A stretch of 64,000 nucleotides of DNA from Malacoraja senta (lineage: Eukaryota). Below, piece by piece: positions 25,480-39,795 of the stretch. Each line of letters begins with the position of its first letter. The first letter of the stretch is position 1. The stretch spans positions 682,001 through 746,000 of the forward strand of contig CM075988.1 in NCBI GenBank assembly GCA_038087875.1, written 5' to 3'. The position numbers and the translations under genes are program-made. Under the pieces are notes generated by a model. The model was not told where the DNA came from. It ran no database searches and saw nothing but the letters and a program-made list of their open reading frames with translations.

Positions 25480-26884
25480 GAGAAACCACACTGTAACAAT
25501 GTAATTTTAGACCTGTTGCACTAACATCAGTTGCCATGAAGGCCTTTGAGCACATAGTCCTCACCCATCTGAAAACATACACTGTCCCCATCATGGACCC
25601 TTTTCAATTTGCATACAGCGCCAACCGGTCTGTGGAGGATGCTATCAACTTAGCTCTTCACTAGTCCCTACATCATTTGGAATCACCGAACACTTATGCA
25701 CGCATCCTGTTTATAGATTTTAGCTCGGCCTTTAATACTATAGACCAATTAAACTCTACAATAAACTGTTGGACATTGGCATTCACCTAGCCATGTGCCA
25801 TTGGATTTTACATTTTCTGACAAACAGACAACAAAGAGTCAAGGTGGGTGAAAAACTCTCCAGCCCTCTGACTATCAATACAGGAGCCCCTCAAGGGTGC
25901 GTTCTGTCACCTCAGCTCTTCTCACTTTACACCAACAACCTCACATCCCAATGCAGCTCAGTTAAAATTTTCAAATATGCAGATGACACAACAATAATTG
26001 GCCTCATCTCAGACAACAACGAATCACAATACCATCAAACAGTGGACAGCGCAGTCAAATGGTGCGCAGAAAACAACCTCCAGCTTAACACCTCAAAAAC
26101 CTTAGAAATCATCATAGATTTCAGACGCAAACAAAACCTCAAACTCCCGGTCCATGTCAACTCCCATCCCATAACCTCCACGAACTTATTTAGGTTTCTG
26201 GGCACCTATATCTGCAATAATCTAAAATGTCACATCAATGCAGACCACATCATCAAGAAAGGACAACAACGCCTATACTTCCTCAGACAGCTCAAAAAGT
26301 TCAGAGTCCACAAACACCTCCTGGTCCGTTTCTATCAATCCATCATTGAAAGCATCATCACCTCCTCAATCACAGTCTGGTATGGAAACACTGACAGTCA
26401 CTCACTACATAGAATACAGCTCATTGTCTCCAAGGCCTCTAGGATCATCAATTCTCCCCTCCCCTCAATCCATTCCATTTACCTCCAACGTACCTCAAAA
26501 CGGGCAACAAAGATCATCTCGGACCCCTCCCATCCAGCAAACCACCTTTTCCAGTCTCTCCCTTCAGGGAGGTGCCTTAGGTCACTTGCTACAAAATCCA
26601 CCCATTTTAAAAACAGTTTCTTCCCCTCAGCAATAAGAACACTTAATTCCCTCCAATAACTTTTTGACTTTGATGTATACAGTGTCTTGTCTATGGTTTT
26701 TGTCTGTTCTTTTGCACTATGTTTGTTGGTGAGATTTGTGATTTGTGATGTGGTATGGATGCACTTTATTATTATGATTTGTGTTGTTATTAGTGTTAAT
26801 GTGACTAAAACAGTGTACCATCATGTACTGAACCCAAATACCACCAACCCTGGTCGTGTGGCAAATAAAGATTCTATCTATCTA
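25480..26884 (+). mobile_element. 5'-truncated Rex1/Babar-clade LINE
   Basis: RPVALTS, DPFQFAY, IDFSSAFN, GAPQGCVLSP, YADD, QQRLYFLRQLKKF, PSHPANHLF, KNSFFPSAIR; 3' end aataaagattc(tatc)n. Confidence 0.88.
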
Positions 26885-26896
26885 ACTGGCCATTAC

Positions 26897-27067
26897 CTCT
26901 GTTGTGTGCTTCGAGTTGGGAAAGGGAGTTGACATCCACTTTGCACAGTTGACAGGACAACATCTTTGATGCCTCCGGTGGCAACTGTCTGTGGACAACC
27001 TCTGCATCAGCGGACAGCAGGACAGGACCCTCTGTGGCTGGCGGTGTGGTGGACATGGTGTCGCCAG
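26897..27067 (-). CDS. ZNF385A: ZNF385A-like coding exon 5 (zinc finger 2)
   Basis: Acceptor ctctctcctgtaagcag|, donor G|GTAATG, 171 nt, phase 1 to 1. Encodes ...KMLSCQLCKVDVNSLSQLEAHNR(G), matching LYCALCKVAVNSLSQLEAHNKG. Confidence 0.92.
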
Positions 27068-28542
27068 CTGCTTACAGGAGAGAGCAGGTCAGATGCAACA
27101 GAGATTACATCTCAATTCACACGAGTTAGTCTTCATTTCATATGGACTGTTATTGCAAAAAACAAGTTGTTAAGCTAGAAAGGAAAAAAAGTAAAGCATC
27201 CAGCATGTTGTGTCTTTGTTTTGGTAAACCAGTATCGGCAGTTCCATGTTTGTACAAGGATAAAAATAAATTCACTGGACCACAACTTGCTTCGGTGGAG
27301 ACATAGATCTATGAATGTTCACCTGATATTCACATGCCTCAGAGCTCTGGGAAAAAGTACACAAAAAGTCCATTCCCCAGAGTTACCACAGACTCAGCAA
27401 AAATGTTACAGGAAACAAGTCAATCTGAGCTAATGTCACTTAATTAATAGATATAGTATATCTAGAATTTGTTAGAAAGAGAGTGAGCATTTCATTTATG
27501 CACCTAACTCTCAGTAGTTCAGGAGCTCAGTGACTGCCAGAGAGAATAGACATTTGACAGATACCCTGATGATGATTTTCTGCCATCTGTAGTCAGCTTG
27601 CTCCTATTGTTATGCTGTTCCTCTCAAATGATACAGTTAATGTTTTCTCAGTTAAAACATAACCACACGTATAAACTGGAATCCTGCAACTCAAATAAAC
27701 TAAAGCTACAATCACAACAGCCTTGCTCCAAAGGTTTCTCCATTCAGACAGGGGCTGATGCCAACTTCCAGATTAACAATGGATAAGGGTGTCAGACTAC
27801 CCAGAGCTTCAATTCTTGGAGCTGTTGTTTTGTGCTTTGCCGACTGTTCATTGTTCAGCAGTTGCCAAAGATCTTTTCCAAAACTTCCTGAATTCCATAA
27901 ACAATTTTCAAATCTATTTAAAAAAATCAACTGTTATGGTTTGTAGATATACAGTCAGCGTCATATGGCATGGGAACAGGCCCTTGGGCACAACTGAACG
28001 AGACCCATTTGCATGGATTTTGCTCAAATCACTAAAGGTTTCCTATCCATAAAACTGCCTTAGTGTGTTGTAAACTATGTAATTGTACTTGCCTCTATCA
28101 CTTCCTCTGGCAGATCGTTTCATATACTTTCCACCCACTTTATGAAAAAATAACTCCATGGGTCCCCTTTTGGTCTACTCTCTCAACTTAAATCTACACC
28201 CTCATGATTTTATAAGCCTCTATAAGCCCACCCCTTTGCTGCTGGGAAAACAGTCCTAGCCTGATATCTCTCCTTATAACACAAGCCTTCCTATCCCAGT
28301 AACATCATTGTGCAGCATGTTCCAGGCACTAACCACTCTAAGTCAGAAAATTGCCCCACACACCATCTTTGATTTTCCCTTTTCACTTTAAATCTATGCC
28401 CTCTAGTATTTGATATTTCCATCCTGGGAAAAAGGATTGGACTGTCTACCCAATTATGCCTCTCATAATTTCATATACCTCTATCAGGTCTCCCCTCAAT
28501 CTTCAGCGTTCCAGGGAAACCAATCCAAGTTTGTCAATCTTT

Positions 28543-29420
28543 AGGTGGAGGGACAAGTAGTGTAGAGAAAGCAGGGACTCTGCAGAAAGACTTGGACAGG
28601 TTGGGAGAGTGGGCTAAGAAATGGCAGGTGAAATACAAAGTAACAAAGTGTGGAGTCATGCATTTTGGTAGGAGGAATAAAGCGTAGACTATTTTCTAAA
28701 TGGGGAGAGAATTCAGGGAGAGATACAAAGGCACTTGGGAGTGCTGGTGCAGGATACCCAAAAAGTTAATTTGCAAGTCGAATTGGTAATAAGGAAGGCA
28801 TATGCAATGCTAGCATTTATTTTGAGACAGTTAGAATACAAAAACAGGGATGTTGAGGCTTTATAATGCACTGGTCAGACCATATTTGGACTAATATGAG
28901 CAGTTTTGAGCCCCATATCTGAGGAAGGATGTGCTGGCATTGGATAGGGTCCAGAGAAGGTTTACAAGAATGATCTCAAGAATGATTAGGTTAATATACG
29001 ATGATCGTTTGACAGCACTGGGCCTGTACTCACTGAAGTTTAGAAGAATGAAGGGCCACCTCATTGAAACTTACCGAATAGTGAAAGGCATGGATAAAGT
29101 GGATGTGGAGAGGATGTTTCCCTTAGTGAAAGGGTGTTGGACCAGAGCCCATGGCCTCAGGATAAAATGACATACCTTTAGAAAGATGAGGAGGAATTTC
29201 TTTAGTCAGAGGGTGGTGAATTGCTACAGAAGGTTGTGGGGGCCAAAGCAATGGATATCTTTAAGGTGAAGATTGACAGATTCTTGCTTAGTAAAGGTGT
29301 CACTGGTTACAGGGAGAAGACAGGAGAATGAGGTTGAGAGGGAAAGATAGATCAGCCATGATTGAATGGTGGAGTGGACAATGAGCCGAATGGCCTAATT
29401 CTGCTCCTATAACTTATGAA
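28543..29420 (+). mobile_element. CR1 3' portion inserted into an older minus-strand CR1
   Basis: LQKDLDRLGEWAKKWQ and LDRVQRRFTRMI remnants with a 3' UTR; opposite-strand CR1 debris at about 27960-28540 and 29430-30390. Confidence 0.8.
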
Positions 29421-29691
29421 CATGATCTTTCTTGCAGCTAATACTCTAATCCAGGCAACATGCTATGAACCTCTATACACTCTCCAAAATCACATCCTTC
29501 CTGTAATGGGGCACTCAATATTCCAAATGTGGCCTAACCAATCTTATAAAGTTGCATCATAACTACCCGACTCTTATACTCAATGCCCCAACCAATGAGG
29601 TTGAGTATACCATACTCCTTCTTTACCACTCTATCTACTTGAGTAGCCAATTTCAGGGAGCTATGGATTTGGGCACAAATATCCCTTGGTA

Positions 29692-29913
29692 TAGTTCAGT
29701 TCAGTTTAGTTTATTGTCATGTGTACCGGTTATATGTGTTATATGGTTATATGGTTATATGGTTACCGAAGTACAGTGAAAAGCTTTTGCTGCATGTTAT
29801 CCAGTCAACAGAAAGACAATACATGATTACAATCGACCCATTACAGTGTATAGATACATGCTAAGGGAATACATTTAGTGCAGGTTAAGCCAGCAAAGTC
29901 CAATCAAAGATAG
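29692..29913 (-). mobile_element. LINE/SINE 3' end with aataaa and (ctgaa/ctaaa)n tail
   Basis: Related sequence on the plus strand at about 40365-40480; interrupted by a solo (TTATATGG)n tail. Confidence 0.55.
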
Positions 29914-30790
29914 GGTTATGGTACATCAACTATTTACTTTCCCCTTACAATCAACTTCCCAATGTGCAACACCTCACACGTGTTCAGATTAAACTCTATC
30001 TGCCATTTCTCCGCCCGCTTTTGCAGCTGATCTATGGCCCACTTGGCAGCCTTCCCCAGTCTACAACTCGAGCAATCCTGCTATTGTCTGCATATTTACT
30101 AACCACCTCATCTACATTTACTTCCAAGTCATTTATATATTTCACAAATAACAGAGGACTCAGGACAGATCCCTGTGGAATTCCAATGGTCACAGACCTC
30201 CAGCCTGAATAACACCCCTCCACCAAAATCCCTTGTCGTCTATGAGTGACTAGACAATTATCCTGAATCCATATGACCAAGTCACTGTGAATACCGTGCA
30301 TTCTAATCTTCTGGAAAAGTGTACCATGGGGGACCTTATCAAATGCCTTACTAAAATCCACGTAAACAACCTCCTTCACCCTACCCTCAATGATTACATT
30401 GAACAGTAAATTAGTTACCATAGCTGATCCAAATAAATGAATGATATTTGGTTCAATGAATAACAAAAAGATAACCAAAGCAAGCCGGTGAAAGTGCAGA
30501 GTGCTCGGATAACAGTGAAGGAGTCTGGTTGGACCTTCAGTGAAGGATGGTGTGAGGCTGCCCTGGCTGATGAAACGGTAAATAATATAAACCTGGAAGG
30601 TGTTGAAAGGCAGAGATATTACTAATCATCCCTATCATTCATAATCATGCTGCCACCTTTCTGTTCCCTTTGTCAAAGGTCACTTCCACAGCTACATCTC
30701 TTTCCCATTGGCCGTGAGTACTCTCACTGAATCCAGTTGGAAGAGCAGAGCAAAGTCTGATGAAGCAACACATAATATAGATCACCTCAC

Positions 30791-30938
30791 CTCTCGAGTT
30801 GATGAGTGGCTCAGCGGCAGCTGTTCTGTGGGCAGTGACAATGCCCATTACATTGTTCCTCATTGTAGACATGTCGTGGTTAGTTCTGATGGCCACCCGG
30901 GCATGCTTGTTGCCTTTATAGTGCGCCTCAGCTTGGGT
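30791..30938 (-). CDS. ZNF385A: ZNF385A-like coding exon 4 (second half of zinc finger 1)
   Basis: Acceptor ttttccctgtag|, donor G|GTGAGG, 148 nt, phase 0 to 1. Encodes TQAEAHYKGNKHARVAIRT...PLINSR, matching SQAEAHYKGNRHARR. Confidence 0.92.
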
Positions 30939-31848
30939 CTACAGGGAAAACCACATGAACCACGTCAATAGATTCATTCATAGAAATGTCAATGTTAGAT
31001 AGAGCACAAGAAAGCTTCAATTCAGCACCAGCACAGGCAACCAAGCCAAAATATGATTGAATCACAATGGTCAGCCAATATGGATAAGACCTGATCAACT
31101 CCAATTTTAGCCAAACGTGTTCAATGTAATCTCAAACTGCTGGAGTAATTCAAGCGGGGTCAGGCAGTATCTGTGGTGGTACTGAATAGGTGGTGTTTCA
31201 GGTCGATACCCTGCTTCAGACTGGACAAGGATCCCAATCCAAACCATTCCTGTCGTTTCCTTCCACAGATGCTGCCTGACCTGCTGAGTTGATCTTTGTG
31301 CTTTAATCAAAATTCCAGCATCTGCAGTTCCTTGTGTCTTGAATGTAGTTTCTCTGCTGTTATATCCTGTCCTGGAACCTTTTGAATTGTACACCCATTA
31401 TGTTCTGTTGTTTTCAAAGGTTTATGCATAAATAACCAAGGCCCCCATATCTCTGCACGTCCTATAGAGCTGCCATTGCCAACATTCTCCCATTCTTTAA
31501 CCAACAGTATAATTTCCCACATTTCAATTACATTTCTCGTCCGGTTGTCTGCCTAATGTCCAAGCAATGCATAATCCCCCTCCATCGTTTGATGTCAGCT
31601 GCAAATGTGGTGTTATCCTGTGTGTTGGTGTAGAGCCAGCACTCAACAATGGGTACACCTCTCCCTTGTCTCTGTCCCTGAGCCAGTGTATTATCCAGAT
31701 GGCCACTGACCCCACTGCGTGGGGCTCACTTTGCTGAACACCTCTTTGTGTGGGAGTTTTTTGAGGAGCTGACAGAGGTAATCGATGAGAGTGGGGCATG
31801 TATTTTAGTAAAGCATTCAACAAGGTGGATCTGATTCAAAACAATTAA

Positions 31849-32729
<881 letters not shown>

Positions 32730-33139
32730 TGATGATTTAGTAGATTGGATTTGATATTGGCTTAGTCGTAGAGACAGAGAGTAGTGGTGGATGATTGTTT
32801 TTCTCTCTGGAGGTCTGTGACCAGTGGAATTCCACAGGGATCTGTGCTTGGGCTTGTTTTTTGTGATATATAACTGACTTGTTTGTAAATGTAGATGGAT
32901 TAGTTAGTAAGTGGAGTTGCAGACAGTGAGGAAGGCTGTCAAAGTATATCATGGGATGTGGACCAGTTACAGATACAGCCAGAGAATTGACAGATGCAAC
33001 AAGACATGATTAGTAAGTTTGCAGCTGACACTAAAGTGGGTGGTATTGTAGATCGTTAAAATTCTCAAATTCCTCCTTGGAATCCTGGGAACAGCTGCCT
33101 ATACCTGTCCCATGTGCAGAGAACATTTTGAGGATGTAT

Positions 33140-33622
33140 AGACAATAGACAATAAACAATAGATAATAGGTGCTGGAGTGGGCCATTCAACCCTTCGAGC
33201 CATTCAAAGTGATCATGGCTGATCATCCACAATCAGTACCCCGTTCCTGCCTTCTTCCTATATCACCTGACTCCGCTATCTTTAAGAGCATTATCTAGCT
33301 CTCTCTTGAAAGTATCCAGAGAACCTGCCTCCACCGCCCTCTGAGGCAGAGAATTCCACAGACTCACAACTCTCTGTGTGAAAAAGTGTTTCTTCATCTC
33401 CATTCTAAATGGCTTACCCGTTATTCTTAAACTGTGGCCCCCTGGTTCTGGACTCCCCCAACATCGGGAACATGTTTCCTGCCTTTTGCGTGTCCAAACT
33501 CTTAATAATCTTATATGTTTCAATAAGATCCCCTCTCATCCTTCTAAATTCCAGAGTATACAAACCCAGCCGCTCCATTCTCTCAGCATATGACAGTCCC
33601 GCCATCCCGCAAATTAACCTTG
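33140..33622 (-). mobile_element. CR1 3' end with (AGACAAT)n tail
   Basis: FFTQRVVSLWNSLP and DLIETYKI remnants; tail at 33140-33170. A plus-strand CR1 3' end follows at about 33625-34078. Confidence 0.85.
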
Positions 33623-35072
33623 TGATGTAGCCAGGATTCAAGGGCCTGAGAGGTTGAGCAGGCTAGGACTCCATTCCTTGGAGTGCAGGAGGATGAGGGG
33701 TGATCTTATAAAAGTGTACAAAATCATGAGAGGAATAGATTGGGTAAATACCCAGAGTCTCTTACCCATAGTAGAAGAATCGAGAACCAGAGGGCAGAGG
33801 TTTAAGGTGAGGGATAGATTTAATCGGAACATGAAGGGTAACTTTTTTACACAAAGGATGGTGGTTGTATGGAATGAGCTGACAATGGAGGTAGTTGAGG
33901 TAGGTACTATCTCAATGCTTAAGAAACATTTTGACAGATACATGGATATGATATGTTTTATAAGGATATAGGCCAAACGCAGGCAGGTGGGACGAGTATA
34001 GCTGGGACATTGGTTAGTTTGGGCAAGTTAGGTTGAAAGGGCTGTTTCCACGCAGTATGACTATGACTCTATGACTATGTATCCTTCATTTTCCTGACCA
34101 AAGCTCTCATTTTCTCTCGTCATCGAAGCTCCTAACACCCACCAGCCTTGCCCTTCACTCTAATTGTGGATCAATCCCATCAGTTTCAAAAAGGATACAG
34201 AGAAACCAGGTGTTGGTTTACCCACAATTATTTACAACTGTTTTTTTCATCTCATGGAGTAAATTTTGATCATCCGGATTTGTAATCCAATAATTTCACT
34301 GTGCTGCTACATGTCTTTGTCAGAAGCAAAGGAATGAGGAGATTTTACTGTGACAGAGAGACGAAGGTGGAGCACGTGGATCAGGGTGGAAGGAAGAGGA
34401 GTGGTGCAGGATTGGGTGGTTGAGATAGGGGGAAGAACAGGGTGAGAGGGTAGGAGTAGTGGTGGAAATAAGGAGACAAGAGGTGAATGTTTGGGCTCTC
34501 ATGTGCAGCAAAAGTCATGAAGGAATGTCCACAAGCTGAAGCATTAATTCTATTTAACCTTCCACAGTTGCTGCCAAACCTGCTGAGAATCTCCATTTCA
34601 TTTCTTATTCCCAGCATCTACATCCATTTGCTCTTGGATAGGGAAGCGCGAATGCTTTTACACATGGTAAAGGAATCAAGAACCAGAGGACATAGATTTC
34701 AGGGGTCGGAAAAGATTTAATAAAAACTCGAGGGGCAACTTTACCAGTAAGAGAATGCTGGGTATAAGGAATGAGCTGCCAGAGGAGGAACTATCACAAG
34801 ATAGGCAGGAACTATCACAATTCCGTGCTGTAATTGTTATATGATTATATGGTTGTTATATGGTTAACATTTAAAAGAAACTTGGACAGGTGCATTGATA
34901 GGAAAGGTTCAGAGAGATCTGGGCCAAATGCCGGCTAATGGGACTAGCTTAGATGGGGATCTTGGTTAGCATGGACGAGTTGGACTGAAGGGCCTGTTGA
35001 AATGGTACCTTTCAATGTGTATTCACGCTACATCAGCTCATCAATGATGGTACTGGAACAGACAACACTAAC

Positions 35073-35183
35073 CTGAGAGTTGAAGCGCCGGTGACAAATG
35101 TTGCAGGAGTTGGTCTGCTTCTTACTGAGGGGTAAGGAGACCTTGAACAGAGGACTGATGACCATCCGCCGTACAGCATCCGG
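35073..35183 (-). CDS. ZNF385A: ZNF385A-like coding exon 3 (first half of zinc finger 1)
   Basis: Acceptor ctttactccatttag|, donor CAG|GTTAGT, 111 nt (37 codons). Encodes PDAVRRMVISPLFKVSLPLSKKQTNSCNICHRRFNSQ, the same length as and aligning with ZNF385A MDPVQKAV...SCNICQIRFNSQ. Not shown in this frame in the ORF track. Confidence 0.9.
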
Positions 35184-37689
35184 CTAAATGGAGTAAAGGT
35201 GCATAACCAGTCACCACCAAAATAACACACCATCTACAACATTATTATCCACAATAAGACACCAGACTGCTCCCAGCAAGTTTGTTAAAGTACTTAGAAG
35301 ACAAAAACATAAAGGATCACAGAGAAGGTTTTGAACGGAGACTGCAGATGCTGGAGTGTGGAAGAAGACAAACAAACTACTGGAGGAACTCAGCAGGTTG
35401 GGCAACATCTGCGGGGGGATGAAATGATTGATGATTTGGGTGGAGATGCTGGATAAGATAGAGATTGGAGAGGGGAGATAACCAATACAAAGAGGAGGGG
35501 CTAGCTCGCGACAGGGTTACTGGGGTGAAGTTTGCACATTCTCTTTATGTCCCCAGGGCATCCGAGGAGAGCTAGCCAAGTGGATAGAGAATTGGCTGTG
35601 GAAGGAAGATGACGATGATGGAGGAAGGTTGAGTTTTGGAATGGAGGCCTGTGACGTGGTATGGATTAATGCTGGGCCCATTGCAGTTTGTGCTTTATAT
35701 CAACAATTTGGATGAGAATGTACAAGGCATGATTAGTAAATTTGCAGATGACACTAAAGTAGGTGGAATTGTACACAGCTATTAAGATGGTTATCAAAGA
35801 TTACATCAGGGTGTTGATCAGTTGGGCAAGTGGGCTGAGGAAAGGTTAATAGAGTTCAATGCAGAAAAGTGTTGATGTTGTTGATGTTGCCAGGACTTGA
35901 GGCCCTGAGCTACAAGGGGAGGTTTAGCAGGTTAGGAACTTATTCCTTGGTGTGCAGGAGGATGAGTGGTGGTCATAGAGGTGTATAAGATAATGAGAGG
36001 AACAGGGTAGACGCACAGACCTTTACCCACAGTTTGGAGAATCAAGAGCCCGAGGACATGTTTTAGGTGAGATGGGCAACTTTTTCCCAGAGAGTGGCTG
36101 GTATATGGCAGGTGCATGGACAGAAAAATATTAGAGAGATATGGGCCAAAAGTGGGCAGGTGGAACTATTGTAGATGGGGCAGCGTGGTCAGTATATGCA
36201 AGTTCGAGTTCCTCCAGCAGTTTTTTTTGTTCCACATTCCAGCATCTGCATTCTCCCATGTCTCCATTTAAAACTTTCTCTGTGATACATTATGTTTTTG
36301 TCTTCTTAACACTTTAACCAACTTGTTGCGAGCAGCCTGGCGTGTAAGGAACGAGTATTTGCAAGTTGAGCTGAAGGTCTTGTTTCAATGCTGTTTGACT
36401 CTCTGACTATGACTATGTGGAAGCAGATGAGATAAACTTGGCATCCGCATGAAGAAGGGTTTTGGCCCGAAACTTTGCCTATTTACTTCGCTCCATAGAT
36501 GCTGCCGCACCCGCTGAGTTTCTCCAGCACTTTTGTCTACATCTGCATGGACATTATGGTCCAAAGTGCCTGTTCCTGTCCTGCACTGTTTTACATTCTA
36601 TGTTCTATGTATTTATTTTAGTGCCCAAAATCAGACTGTAAGGCAGGTGAATTATCAGCACGGTGAAATAAATGGTTTCCATCATAGTGGGCCGGACGGG
36701 AACTCAGTGAAGAAAGGTTATGGCATGTTGGCCTTCATTGCGAGAGGATTTGAGTTTAGGACCAAGGAGGTCCTACTGCAGTTGTTGCAGCTAAAGGGTG
36801 ATGTAACATGAGAGAAGCATTAAGCAGATGTCCATTTAGACTTTGGCAAGGCCTTTACATGGGTCGGCAGAATAGGCTGGTACAGAAAGTTAGATCACCT
36901 GGGATCTAGGATCAGGTACAAAAATAAGTACATAAAGAGGGTGGTGGTGGAGAGTTGTTATTCAGGACTTTAAGATAGAATCATTGAGTCATACAGACAG
37001 CCATTTGGCCCATCTCTATGGCAATCAAAATGTCCCATCTAAACTAATCCCATTTACCCACATTTGGCCCATATCCCTCTAACCCTTTCTTATGCTCCTA
37101 TCCAAATGTCCTTTGATGTTGTTACTGCACTAACCTTAACTGCCCCCATCTAATGCCTTATCACTATGTCAGTCCCAGGCAGAAGTTAAAATCACTGACT
37201 AATACAAAACTATTATTTGATCTAGACTGTGCTGTAATCATATATAATCTTCTTCATTGTCCACAATATCACCAGTTTTGTGTCATCTGTAAACTTACTA
37301 ATCATGTCAATCCAAATCCCTGTGGAGACCATCCACCACCACCCTCTGATTCCCCCCACCAACTGCATAGCTCACCCTGGATCCCATGAGATCTAACCTA
37401 CTGGATCAGCCTATTAGGCGTGACCATATCAAAAGCCTTGCTAATGTCCACATCGACACATCACTGTTCACTCTTCACTCATCATTCCTCCTCAGTCAGC
37501 TCTTCAAAAAACGTAATCGTTCATGAGATACAATTTCTCACACACAAAACCACACTGACTATCTCTATAGATAGACACAAAGTACTGTAGTAACTCCATC
37601 CTCCCTCCCTCTCCTCTTACATAATTCCTCCCTCTCCACCCTCTCTCTCGAGGTTCACTTGGCATGGCCCCACCATTATCTGCACTCAC

Positions 37690-37829
37690 TGTGTTGTGGT
37701 TGTGGATGAACCTCTGGCGAGAAGGCAGGTCAAGCGAGATAGAGATCATTGGCTTCACCAAGCCCCGCTGTCCTTCTGCACTCTGTGCCACTGGGATGGC
37801 CGGGAGCACCTTGTATTGATTAAGGCTTC
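37690..37829 (-). CDS. ZNF385A: ZNF385A-like coding exon 2
   Basis: Acceptor ttttctctccgcag|GA AGC, donor ACA|GTGAGT, 140 nt, phase 1 to 0. Encodes (G)SLNQYKVLPAIPVAQSAEGQRGLVKPMISISLDLPSRQRFIHNHNT, positionally equivalent to ZNF385A GSLSRAGPLP...FSNYST. Confidence 0.8.
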
Positions 37830-37934
37830 CTGCGGAGAGAAAACCCAGTCACCTCTTGAGAATTTGTTTAGAAAATGGTTTAGAAAAATAAAAACTCAAA
37901 AATGAATGTATCTTCATGTGGTCTCCTGTGTCCC

Positions 37935-38182
37935 TGACCATCTCATCTCTCCACCTTCTCTCCTCCTTAAAAATCTTCCTTAACCCTCTACTTGTGCTTC
38001 TGATTTTCTTTTCTTTTTTTTTGTGTTTTTGGAAGGAATTCTGTCCCTGATTTATGTATTGGTCTTTATAACCAATTTTTTTAAAATTCTGATTATATGT
38101 TTTCTATAAATCTCTGTATGGTGTCCTTGAGACCTCGGTATAAGGCGCCCGTAAATAAAATCCATTATTATTATTATTATTA
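37935..38182 (+). mobile_element. L2-clade LINE 3' end
   Basis: ggtgtccttgag...aaggcgcc..aaataaaatccatta(tta)n tail. Confidence 0.7.
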
Positions 38183-39484
38183 CTTGACCTGCTTTTGTTC
38201 ATCTGTCCTCATATTTTCAGGCAAAGTATCAATTCGCCTGTAATATTTCTATGTAGTCACGGATCCTGGAGCCACGCAGCACAGAAACGTGCCCTATAGT
38301 GACTCTTCCATCGGCTATCCTCCTGTACTAATGTACTATCCTCCTGTACTAACCAGCACTCAGTCACGGTCATTCAAATGCTGGTCTGCATTCCTTAGGC
38401 AGTGGGTTTCTTATTCCAACCACTTTTGAGCCATAGAGTTATACAGTGAAACAGGCCATTGAGCTCAAGTTAATCATGGTGACCAAGGTGTTTTGCTGAG
38501 CTGGGCACATTGCATTGGGTTTCACCCATATCCCTCCAAACCTTTTAAAATGTAGTTATTGTACACACCTCAACAACGTCCTCTGGCAGCTTGTTGAATT
38601 TAGACCTCACACTCTGTGTGGAAAAGTTGCCCCTCAAGTCCCCTTTATAACTTTCTCCTCTCACTTTAAACATGCGCCCTATTTTAAATTCTCCTATCCT
38701 GCGCCAGCCTCTCTGGTCTCTCCTCGTGGCATTCCAGGCAACAACCTGCCCAATCCTTCTTTCACCCTCCCCAGTGGCTTGGGATCATTTGTAATGTTAA
38801 AGGCACTGTAGAAATGCAAATGCTTTCAAAGTGTTTATTGAAATATTTAAATATCGATGAAACACTTCCTGTATCTCAAGGATGAAGCAATGAGTAAGCC
38901 ATGGATACTTTTGCATGTTCCAGGCCCACACGGTCTAGGATTAGGACCTGAAGGTGCAACCACATATGATATAATATTCCCTGCACTTGCTTTGTTATTC
39001 TGTCTCGAGGGAGGTACACCTGTCCCAACTGTATCACATATCCTGAGGTTATTGTCCCATGCACTCACTGGAAACATGACAAACACTCTGCTGTATCTGT
39101 GGCCACGTACAACTCCTGGCATTGTAGAACCGTTTCTGACATCGACTTTACCATCTTCCTATCATAATGCACAGTCCACATGTTAGGGTTCAAACATAGC
39201 TCCAATAACACTAATATCATTCCAGCCAAGGAAGCAAGGGGTCAGGGGTCGTGGGGAGAAGGCAGGAGAACGGGGTTAGGAGGGAGAGATAGATCAGCCA
39301 TGATTGAATGGCAGAGTAGACTTGATGGGCCGAATGGCCTAATTCTACTATCGCTTATGAACAAATAATGTTGTCTCATCAATGACCCTAAACATCCACC
39401 TTTCCTGATCACTAAGTATAGTCGTTGTAATGTATTCCTTTAACAAAATGGATGACAGAACATGCCAAAGCTTTGTCAACAGTT

Positions 39485-39795
39485 ATTGATTTATTGATTG
39501 ATTGAAAGAAATCCCTTCAGCCCATCGAGTCCATGCTGACCATTGATCACCTACACACTAGTTCTACATTATCCCACTTTCACGTCCACTCCCTACACAC
39601 TAGAGGCAATTTTCAGAGGGCCAAGTGATCCACAAACTCACACATCTTTAGGATGTGGGAGGAAACCAGAGCACCTGGAGGAAACCCACATGGTCACAGG
39701 GAGCACATGCAAATTCCACACAGACATCAGCCGAGGTCAGGGTTCAACCAAGGTCTTTTGCACTGAGAGGCAGCAGCTTTACCAGCTATTCCCCT
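39485..39795 (-). mobile_element. Degraded V-SINE
   Basis: tgtgggaggaaaccagagcacctggaggaaacccacatggtcacaggg core; (attg)n tail. Confidence 0.75.
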
